Shown: positions 50,297-57,787 of the stretch, piece by piece
Numbering within the stretch: position 1 is the first letter of the stretch
Layout of the letters: each line of letters opens with the position of its first letter
Assembly: GCA_024304995.1 (NCBI GenBank)
Contig: JAMWZD010000001.1
Span: 385,472 to 449,471 of the forward strand
Reading direction: 5' to 3'
DNA from: Rickettsiales bacterium
Lineage (GTDB): Bacteria > Pseudomonadota > Alphaproteobacteria > Rickettsiales > UBA998
Length of the DNA stretch: 64,000 nt
Made by a program: the position numbers and the translations under genes
Notes under the pieces: model-generated
What the model saw: the letters and a program-made list of their open reading frames with translations, nothing else
Told to the model about the DNA's origin: nothing
The model's database searches: none

Positions 50297-51772
50297 ATGC
50301 TTGCCATGATTTTAGACGATTTTTCATTAGCTGACGCTCAACAACTTGGCTCTCGCCTGCCGAATGACCCACATGCCGTGTCTGCTGCGCTGCCCGCATG
50401 GCAGGATGTGCTGGATTATGAGGAAGGACGCGCGCGCGTAACAAATGCGCTCAACACAGCCTATCCGCGTTTCATGTTCCATCCATTGGTGAATGCACTG
50501 GCAGAACATATCCGCAAGGAATTTACACTGGGGGATGCGTATTTAACGCTTTACCCGACCTATGACAGCGCGATGGATGCCATGCGCTTTATCAAAAAGT
50601 CCTGCTCGGCTTATGCGGAAATTATTGTGGATACGCAAAAGAATCTGTATGTCTGCTGCACGGGAAAGGACGGCGCAGCTCACTCCAAAGCGCACTGGCA
50701 GCATACAGGTCTGGGCATTTCCTCCCGCCATGCAGAACGTGCCTTGCGCGGGCAAGTGGCAGCGGATGCGTCTTTTAAGAAAATGGAGATCATCCGCACA
50801 ATCGCCAAAGGCGCAGGCGTGGCAGACGATGCCATTACGCTGCACCCGACAGGCATGAGCGGGCTATATATGGCATATAGGCTGGCGCAACAGGTGAAGC
50901 GTGGCGACACGGTGCAGCTTGGTTTCCCTTATGTGGATACGCTCAAAATCCAGCAAAAATGGGGAACGCATGTGCATATGCTGGATGACGCGGGGGACTA
51001 TCTGGCAAAGCTGGAAGCACTCTTCAAAGCACACAGCATTTCCGCCTGCTTCACCGAATTTCCAACCAATCCCCTGCTGCGCGCGATAGACATCAAAGCA
51101 GTCAGCGCCTTGTGCCGTGCGCATGGCGTGTTGCTGATTGTGGATGATACGATTGCGACCTATAATAATATAGACGTACGCGCTTATGCAGATATACAAT
51201 GCACCAGCCTCACCAAAGGCTTCTCTGGCAAAGGCAATGTGATGGCAGGGGCGATGATGATTCACGCGGATGCACCACATACGCAACGTCTGCTGAATGC
51301 GCGTGATGAGCTTTATGAAGATACACTTCACGCGGATGATGTGCGGGTGCTGTGGCAGAATATGTCTGGTGTTGAGGCGCGGATGATGCGCATGAATGCG
51401 AATGCAGCGGAGTTGGTGCAATATCTTAAGGCGCATGAAGCAGTGGATGCGGTATATTATCCGAGCATCATGCATCAGGCATTATATGATGCCGTGAAAA
51501 CGGAGCATGGCGGATATGGGTGCTTGCTGTCTTTCACACTGAAAGACGCAGACAATGCCCCTGCATTTTATGATGCTTTGTGCATCTGCAAAGGCCCCAG
51601 CCTCGGCACAGAATTTACTTTGTGCTGCCCCTACACATTGCTTGCGCATTATGATGAATTAAATTGGGCGCAGGGTTACGGCGTATCCTCGCACTTGCTG
51701 CGCGTGTCTGTCGGGTGTGAAGACATAAGCGAGATTATCGCACGGTTTGAAGCCTCATTTTCTCAAAAATAA
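50297..51772 (+). CDS. Cys/Met-metabolism PLP-dependent enzyme (cystathionine gamma-synthase/beta-lyase family, long form)
   Basis: 491 aa. DDTIATYNN...CTSLTKGFSGKGNVMAG (the SxTK PLP-lysine motif of the trans-sulfuration family). Confidence 0.75.
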   Translation: MLAMILDDFSLADAQQLGSRLPNDPHAVSAALPAWQDVLDYEEGRARVTNALNTAYPRFMFHPLVNALAEHIRKEFTLGDAYLTLYPTYDSAMDAMRFIKKSCSAYAEIIVDTQKNLYVCCTGKDGAAHSKAHWQHTGLGISSRHAERALRGQVAADASFKKMEIIRTIAKGAGVADDAITLHPTGMSGLYMAYRLAQQVKRGDTVQLGFPYVDTLKIQQKWGTHVHMLDDAGDYLAKLEALFKAHSISACFTEFPTNPLLRAIDIKAVSALCRAHGVLLIVDDTIATYNNIDVRAYADIQCTSLTKGFSGKGNVMAGAMMIHADAPHTQRLLNARDELYEDTLHADDVRVLWQNMSGVEARMMRMNANAAELVQYLKAHEAVDAVYYPSIMHQALYDAVKTEHGGYGCLLSFTLKDADNAPAFYDALCICKGPSLGTEFTLCCPYTLLAHYDELNWAQGYGVSSHLLRVSVGCEDISEIIARFEASFSQK

Positions 51773-51811
51773 AAAAAGGACTCATAAATATGAATCCTTT
51801 AATAAGTTATG

Positions 51812-52093
51812 TTATTTTTCTTCCAGTTGCTTCCATTTTTCAGCCTGCTCAATACCATCCAGTTTCATGATGGCATCAACTTTTTGCTGCTCTAATAAAA
51901 GTCTTTCTTTTTCAGTTGCAAGCTGTTCTTTCTGCACTTTTAGAAAAGACTGAGCAAGCACGGTTGCTTGATAGCCTATGAAAGTAACGCAGACTGTGGC
52001 TGCTATAATACCGACTATTATGGGTGATGCAGTTTGCAAAAAAGCGAAAATTGTACCACCGAAGAAAAGTAAGATCCAAAAAAGATATTCCAT
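51812..52093 (-). CDS. Hypothetical small membrane protein with coiled-coil tail
   Basis: 93 aa: two hydrophobic helices, then KVQKEQLATEKERLLLEQQKVDAIMKLDGIEQAEKWKQLEEK. Confidence 0.4.
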   Translation of the reverse strand: MEYLFWILLFFGGTIFAFLQTASPIIVGIIAATVCVTFIGYQATVLAQSFLKVQKEQLATEKERLLLEQQKVDAIMKLDGIEQAEKWKQLEEK

Positions 52094-52202
52094 CTTTGTG
52101 TCTATAATAATAAAGGTCTGAAATCTTTATAAAAAAGAAAATAAGATTAATCAAGCATATTTATTCATGGTTTTTTTAATGGTTTTGCGCCACAATAGCC
52201 CC

Positions 52203-52913
52203 ATGAATTATAATCCCGTTATCTGCGCTATTGACACCACCAACATCCCCGAAGCCTTGCAACTGGTGCGCAGCGTCTCGCCTTATGTGGGGGCGGTGAA
52301 GCTGGGGCTGGAATTTTTTGTGGCGCACGGCGCGGAAGGGGTGAAATTGTTTGACCATTTCAATATCCCCGTCTTTCTGGATTTGAAATTTCATGACATT
52401 CCGAACACCGTTGCCAAAGCCATTGAAGCCACTGCAGGCATCAACACCTTCATGATGACCGTGCATAGCTCAGGCGGGCGCACCATGTTGCAACGCGCAG
52501 TGGAAGCCTCTGCCAGCGTGGCGGAAACCACAGGAAAAACAAGACCATATGTGGTGGGCGTGACTGTACTAACCAGCATGGATCAGGATGATCTCTCCAT
52601 CATTGGCGTGCGGGACATGGTGGATGCACAGGTGAAACGCTTAGCTGACTTGGCGCAAAGCGCGCATCTGGACGGGGTGGTGTGTTCGTCTTATGAAATA
52701 GACATGCTGCGGCGCGAATGTGGCAATGATTTCCTGCTCGTCGTCCCCGGCATCCGCCCCGAAGGCAGCGCCAGGGGAGACCAAAAACGCATCATGACCC
52801 CACGCGAAGCTCTCGACAAAGGCGCAGACTATCTGGTGATTGGGCGACCGATTACACAAGCGGAGGAGCCAGAACGGGCGGCAGAGGCGATTGCGCGGGA
52901 GTTGGGTGTTTAG
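52203..52913 (+). CDS. pyrF: Orotidine 5'-phosphate decarboxylase
   Basis: The internal ATG gives MNYNPVICAIDT. LDLKFHDIPNTV and VIGRPIT motifs. Confidence 0.9.
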   Translation: MNYNPVICAIDTTNIPEALQLVRSVSPYVGAVKLGLEFFVAHGAEGVKLFDHFNIPVFLDLKFHDIPNTVAKAIEATAGINTFMMTVHSSGGRTMLQRAVEASASVAETTGKTRPYVVGVTVLTSMDQDDLSIIGVRDMVDAQVKRLADLAQSAHLDGVVCSSYEIDMLRRECGNDFLLVVPGIRPEGSARGDQKRIMTPREALDKGADYLVIGRPITQAEEPERAAEAIARELGV

Positions 52914-52927
52914 AAAACGTTGTAAAT

Positions 52928-53980
52928 CTAGAAATCTTCTATTTCTTTTGCATCTTCTTTTTTTAAAGCTCTAAGCCTTACCATTCGCTCGTCTCCCAAA
53001 GATGTTAAAGTCCAATATGCTGAAGTATCTTGTATGCTCCTCTTCTTAATACTTTCTTTTATTAAACAAAGTGCTCTGAGCTGTATTATAATTGTATCTA
53101 TGTAATGATTTGCAACTATAGTTTTATCAACGTTCAGTTCTTTATAAGGGTGCTCGTAACAAAAATTAGCGACTTGTCCTAAAAAGTTCTCTATTTTTTT
53201 TCTCAACGCAAAATCCCTTATTTCGTTTATCATGCACGGAGAAATATTCACAAAGATATAATCCCAGCTTACATCAATTTGTATTTTGTGTTTGATACTT
53301 TCTGCATACATTCCTTTATAAAACTTAAGTGTAACTTCTACTGTAAACTTGTCCTTACCTTGCGCTAAATCATTGATATTTTCAGGCGTTGCAGAATTTG
53401 ATTTTGCAATTTTATTTTCTAAATCTGAAATTGTACTTTTTAATTGTAAAATTTCTTTCAATGTAGACTCTTTTGGAACCAAGTCTGCCTTGACCCACCC
53501 TATAGCAGGTTTACGTTTAATTGTTTTAGTTACACCCAATATAACTTGAGATTGTAAACCATCCGCATCTGCCCAATAAACACAGCTATGCTTACTTTCT
53601 ATTTTTTTTCTAAATTCGACGAGTTTTTTTAAAAGTTCTGGGTCTTTTTCGGTTTTACCTGCTGGAATTGCATCTGGGTCTTTATGCAACAAAGGAATAA
53701 CTGCCTTCTTTTTAGAAACCGCATAATCATATTCTTTCTCAGTATAACCTATACCCTCTTTATCAGTTGAGCCATAACGTCCACCAATAATAAGCAAATA
53801 ATAGTCCGATGCATCAATTACATCTTTTATCAAATCCCATGATGAATCATCAGTTGCAGGAAACAACTCCATGCCAGCAGGCATATGCTCCAATTCAAGA
53901 ACTGACTTAATAACATTCTGTCGTTCTTCTACCAAATCAACAAAAGTCGATGATATAAATATTTGATATTTCTTGTCCAT
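52928..53980 (-). CDS. DUF4062-domain protein (TIR/nucleoside-deoxyribosyltransferase-like N-terminal domain + coiled coil + unknown C-terminal domain)
   Basis: Start at rc ATG 53978-53980: MDKKYQIFISSTFVDLVEERQNVIKSVLELEHMPAGMELFPA...YYLLIIGGRYGS...GYTEKEYDYA matches the DUF4062 consensus (FISStf.DL..eR...mE.F.a...G.rYG..TE.Ey). Extremely AT-rich. Confidence 0.7.
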   Translation of the reverse strand: MDKKYQIFISSTFVDLVEERQNVIKSVLELEHMPAGMELFPATDDSSWDLIKDVIDASDYYLLIIGGRYGSTDKEGIGYTEKEYDYAVSKKKAVIPLLHKDPDAIPAGKTEKDPELLKKLVEFRKKIESKHSCVYWADADGLQSQVILGVTKTIKRKPAIGWVKADLVPKESTLKEILQLKSTISDLENKIAKSNSATPENINDLAQGKDKFTVEVTLKFYKGMYAESIKHKIQIDVSWDYIFVNISPCMINEIRDFALRKKIENFLGQVANFCYEHPYKELNVDKTIVANHYIDTIIIQLRALCLIKESIKKRSIQDTSAYWTLTSLGDERMVRLRALKKEDAKEIEDF

Positions 53981-54121
53981 GAGCGAAACTTTTTTTGAAA
54001 TGAATAAAACGCAATTATGACGATATAGCAATATTTTTGAGTAATTAACCCTTTGATAAAGCGTATCGCTTATATTACATTGGTTTTGAACAAACGCACG
54101 CACTTAAGAGAAGGATGCATT

Positions 54122-57004
54122 ATGAGCGCACAGACAGAATCCGCATGGGAACAATTTGCTGAGTCACAATATCTTTACGGCGCGAACAGCCTGTATATTG
54201 AAGAAGTCTTCAAACTTTACTCGGAAGACCCCGAGCAGGTGGACCCTGAATGGCGCGAGTTTTTCAAGAATTTTCAGGATGGGCTGGAAGAACATGAGCC
54301 ATCCTGGGCGGAAGATACCAGCGGCATTGTCGGCGTACTCGACCCTGAAGAGAAAAAGGAAATTGCTGCAAAAGAAAAGCAAATCCGCGCGAAGGATGAC
54401 ACCGCCATTTTGCACTCGATTCGTGCTTTGCAGCTGATTCATGCATATCGCGTGCGCGGGCATTTGAAAGCGAAGATTGATCCGCTGGAGAAATCTGACG
54501 ATAACCGCAAAAAGCAACATCAGGAATTAAACCCACTAAGCTATGGTTTCACGCGGGAGGATTACACGAAAGAGATTTTCCTCGGCGGGACGCTGGGTCG
54601 CCAGAGTGCGACGCTCAACCAGATTTTGAACATTCTGCAACAGACCTATTGCCAGACGATTGGTGTGGAGTTTATGCATATTCAATATCCTGATCAGAAA
54701 GCATGGATTCAGGAAAAATTTGAGAAAATGCAGGGCAAACCGCATATTTCACCAAAAGATAAGCGTGAGATTCTGGCAGATTTAATTGAAGTGGAAGCGT
54801 TTGAAGAATTTCTGCAAACGAAATATCCTGGCATGAAGCGCTTCTCCATTCAGGGGGGGGATGCAATGCTGCCTGGTCTGCAATCCACCATCCATACGGC
54901 TTCCCGCCTCGGAGTGAAGGAAATTGTGATTGGGATGCCGCATCGCGGGCGCATGAACGTGCTGACGAACATCATGAAAAAGCCCTATCCTGAAATGTTT
55001 TCACTTTTCCACGGCAACATGGATTTCCCTGAAAGCGTGAACAGCTCTGGTGACGTGAAATATCATATTGGTGTCTCAGCTGACCGTGACATGCCTGACG
55101 GCAAAAAATTGCATTTGTCACTCACCGCCAACCCGTCACATCTTGAAGCAGTGAATCCTGTGGTGTGCGGAAAAGTGCGCGCGAAGCAGGATCAGCGCGC
55201 GGACAAGGAAAAAGAAGAAGTGATGGGCTTAATGCTGCATGGCGATGCCGCCTTTGCAGGGCAAGGCGTTGTGCCTGAAACGCTCTCACTTTCAGAGCTT
55301 CGCGGATACCGCACTGGCGGTTCATTGCACATTATTGTGAACAACCAGATTGGTTTCACCACCAGCCCGAAATTCTCGCGCTTCACGCCTTATCCGTCTG
55401 ATGTGGCGAAAATGGTGGCTGCGCCTATTTTCCATGTGAACGGGGAAGATCCTGAAGCGGTGGTCTATGCGTGCCGTCTGGCAACGGAGTTTCGCCAGAA
55501 ATTCAAGCGTGATGTGGTGGTGGATATTTTCTGTTATCGTCGATATGGGCATAATGAAGGGGATGAGCCGATGTTCACTCAGCCTTTAATGTATCAGGAA
55601 ATTAAAGCGAAAAAGTCCCCTGCGCGGATTTATGCAGACGTGCTGGTCTCTCAAGGAGTGATGAAAGAAGAAGATGTGAAAGCCGAATTTAACCGCTTTA
55701 ATGAAATGTTTGAAGCGCAGTTTGACACCGCACGCGACCATAAGCCAAACAAGGCAGACTGGCTGGAAGGCGCTTGGTCTGACATGAAAGAAGCGGAAGA
55801 TCACGGCAAACGCACCTCACCTGATACGGGAGTAGACAAAGACGTGCTGAAAAATCTTGCCACGCAGCTGGGCAAAATTCCGCAGGACTTTAATGTTAAT
55901 AGCAAGGTGAAACGCATCATCAAAGCGCGCACTGAAGCCGTCTTATCTGAAGAAGGGATGGATTGGGCAATTGGTGAGCATTTAGCATTTGCCACCTTGC
56001 TCAATGATGGGTATGGCGTGCGCCTGAGCGGGCAGGATTCGCGCCGTGGCACATTCTCGCATCGTCATTCCGTTTTTATTGATCAGGAAAATGAAAAGCG
56101 ATATACACCGCTGAACCATCTGAAAGGTGTGAAAAAGAAATATGAGGTGATTGACAGTTCACTATCAGAATTTGCCATTCTGGGCTTTGAATATGGCTAT
56201 TCTCAGGCAGAACCCAACGCGCTGACCATTTGGGAAGCCCAGTTTGGGGACTTTGCCAACGGTGCGCAGATTATGATTGATCAGTTTATTGCCTCAGGTG
56301 AAATTAAATGGCTGCGCATGTCTGGTCTGGTCATGTTGCTGCCGCACGGCTATGAAGGGCAAGGCCCTGAACATAGCTCCGCGCGACTGGAGCGTTTCCT
56401 GCAACTTTGCGGGGAAGATAATATGCAGGTGGTGAATTGCACCACACCTGCCAACTTCTTCCACGTGCTGCGCCGTCAGTTGCACCGCAAATTCCGCAAA
56501 CCGCTGATTGTGATGACACCAAAATCGTTGCTGCGTCATAAACGTGCAGTCTCCACTCTGGATGATTTTGCCACAGGCACGAAATTCAGCAAAGTATACG
56601 GTGAAGTAAGTGCGTTGCAAGCAGACAAGGACATCAAAAAAGTGATTTTGACGAGCGGAAAGGTCTATTATGATTTGCTGCAAGCACGTGAAGATGCGGG
56701 CATTGATGACATCGCCATTGTGCGCGTGGAACAATATTATCCGTACCCTGCTGCTCAGGTGGAAGAGCAACTCTCGCGCTATCCAAACGCAAAAGTGGTT
56801 TGGGTACAGGAAGAGCCGAAAAATATGGGCGCGTGGACGTTTATTGAGCCCTATATTGAACAGTCTCTCACCACAATAGGACGCGAAAGCTGCCGCCCAA
56901 CCTACGTGGGTCGCAAAACCGCCGCCTCCCCCGCCGTGGGTTATCTGAAGATTCATGAACGTGAGCAGGCAGCATTGGTGAATGAGGCGTTGGGGATTAA
57001 ATAA
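54122..57004 (+). CDS. sucA: 2-oxoglutarate dehydrogenase E1 component
   Basis: ATG 54122 gives MSAQTESAWEQFAESQYLYGANSLYIEE. Later motifs include MPHRGRMNVL, LHGDAAFAGQGVV and LLPHGYEGQGPEHSSARLERFLQ. Confidence 0.95.
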   Translation: MSAQTESAWEQFAESQYLYGANSLYIEEVFKLYSEDPEQVDPEWREFFKNFQDGLEEHEPSWAEDTSGIVGVLDPEEKKEIAAKEKQIRAKDDTAILHSIRALQLIHAYRVRGHLKAKIDPLEKSDDNRKKQHQELNPLSYGFTREDYTKEIFLGGTLGRQSATLNQILNILQQTYCQTIGVEFMHIQYPDQKAWIQEKFEKMQGKPHISPKDKREILADLIEVEAFEEFLQTKYPGMKRFSIQGGDAMLPGLQSTIHTASRLGVKEIVIGMPHRGRMNVLTNIMKKPYPEMFSLFHGNMDFPESVNSSGDVKYHIGVSADRDMPDGKKLHLSLTANPSHLEAVNPVVCGKVRAKQDQRADKEKEEVMGLMLHGDAAFAGQGVVPETLSLSELRGYRTGGSLHIIVNNQIGFTTSPKFSRFTPYPSDVAKMVAAPIFHVNGEDPEAVVYACRLATEFRQKFKRDVVVDIFCYRRYGHNEGDEPMFTQPLMYQEIKAKKSPARIYADVLVSQGVMKEEDVKAEFNRFNEMFEAQFDTARDHKPNKADWLEGAWSDMKEAEDHGKRTSPDTGVDKDVLKNLATQLGKIPQDFNVNSKVKRIIKARTEAVLSEEGMDWAIGEHLAFATLLNDGYGVRLSGQDSRRGTFSHRHSVFIDQENEKRYTPLNHLKGVKKKYEVIDSSLSEFAILGFEYGYSQAEPNALTIWEAQFGDFANGAQIMIDQFIASGEIKWLRMSGLVMLLPHGYEGQGPEHSSARLERFLQLCGEDNMQVVNCTTPANFFHVLRRQLHRKFRKPLIVMTPKSLLRHKRAVSTLDDFATGTKFSKVYGEVSALQADKDIKKVILTSGKVYYDLLQAREDAGIDDIAIVRVEQYYPYPAAQVEEQLSRYPNAKVVWVQEEPKNMGAWTFIEPYIEQSLTTIGRESCRPTYVGRKTAASPAVGYLKIHEREQAALVNEALGIK

Positions 57005-57019
57005 GCTCCCCACGCCCCC

Positions 57020-57045
57020 GTCATTCTGAACGAAGTGAAGAATCC
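57020..57045. repeat. REPIN/MITE-like element copy F, left arm
   Basis: gtcattctgaacgaagtgaagaatcc, 15 nt after the sucA stop. IS200 sequence starts immediately after it. Confidence 0.8.
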
Positions 57046-57703
57046 ATAAGATAATAAGGAACTACCGCCTATGGCGGTACGGCTAGCGTAGTTATACAAA
57101 TTATGCAAGAAACCTCTTTGCTTGAGCCATTGGAGTGGTTTGAGGAATCAAACAAAGAGGTTTTTATTATGTCAGAAATTAGAAGATTATCTCACAGTCG
57201 CTGGGAATGCAATTATCATGTGGTATTTATTCCAAAATACCGCCAGAAACGGATATATGGCGATGTTCGCAATGAATTACGTCAAGTGTTTCATGATCTG
57301 TGTCACCGTAAGGAATGTCGCATTATTGAAGGTCACCTGATGTCCGACCATGTGCACATGCTTATCAGCATACCACCGAAATATTCTGTAGCACATATAG
57401 TAGGTTACTTAAAGGGGAAGACCGCCCTACATTTAGCGCAGAAATATGGACGTAGGAGGAAATATCGAGGCTATAGTTTCTGGGCGCGAGGGTATTTTGT
57501 ATCTACTGTAGTTGCAGACGAACAGGTCGTTAGACGTTACATTCGCAATCAGGAGAAAACGGACAAGCAGTACGACCAAATGTCCTTGTTCACTGAACCC
57601 AATAATAGTAAGTAACAAAACCACTTCCAGTGGTGCAAGCAAAGCGTTACAGACCTCCACCTCTGGTGGAGGTCATTGAATCTTTCGGTTTGTTTTAAGC
57701 TGG
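57046..57703 (+). mobile_element. IS200-type insertion sequence (IS200/IS605 family, tnpA only); ends approximate
   Basis: The Y1 HUH transposase gene is flanked by subterminal hairpins taccgcc-tat-ggcggta (57063-57079) and gacctccacc-tct-ggtggaggtc (57652-57674). No tnpB. Confidence 0.75.
57169..57615 (+). CDS. tnpA: IS200/IS605 family Y1 (HUH) transposase TnpA
   Basis: From ATG 57169 (GAGG 8 nt upstream): SHSRWECNYHVVFIPKYRQK...SDHVHMLISIPPKYSV...GYLKGKTA...FWARGYFVSTV. Close in pattern to Salmonella IS200 TnpA (HTRWNCKYHIVFAPKYRR...DHIHML...FWCRGYYVDTV). Confidence 0.9.
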   Translation: MSEIRRLSHSRWECNYHVVFIPKYRQKRIYGDVRNELRQVFHDLCHRKECRIIEGHLMSDHVHMLISIPPKYSVAHIVGYLKGKTALHLAQKYGRRRKYRGYSFWARGYFVSTVVADEQVVRRYIRNQEKTDKQYDQMSLFTEPNNSK

Positions 57704-57708
57704 GAGAT

Positions 57709-57736
57709 GGATTTTTTGCTGCTACCTTTAAATGAC
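57709..57736. repeat. REPIN/MITE-like element copy F, degenerate right arm
   Basis: ggattttttgctgctacctttaaatgac, preceded by gagat exactly as in copies C and E (gagatggatt 10-mer shared). About 20 of 26 matches to the copy C right arm, with a 2-nt indel. Confidence 0.55.
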
Positions 57737-57787
57737 GGCATGAAGAATAATCTTTTGCGTCTTTTACTTCTGATTGTATGATACGGG

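Noticed and set aside
50864-51475. 203-aa minus-strand ORF
   Set aside because: Antisense to the PLP-enzyme gene. His/Arg-rich junk translation.
53981-54121. Long N-terminal extensions of both the DUF4062 ORF (to 54103) and sucA (from 54053) that would overlap each other
   Set aside because: Family-typical N-termini begin at internal Mets: MDKKYQIFISS at rc 53980, and MSAQTESAWEQF at 54122. The extensions are AT-rich intergenic DNA.
56294-57013. 239-aa minus-strand ORF
   Set aside because: Antisense to the sucA 3' half, with no motifs. A shadow ORF in a relatively GC-rich gene.
57169-57615. Interpreting the tnpA as a RAYT (REP-associated tyrosine transposase) because it is flanked by inverted repeat arms
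   Set aside because: The protein follows the classical IS200 TnpA pattern rather than the YafM-type RAYT pattern as I recall it, and the element has its own subterminal hairpins. Kept only as an alternative hypothesis in the findings.
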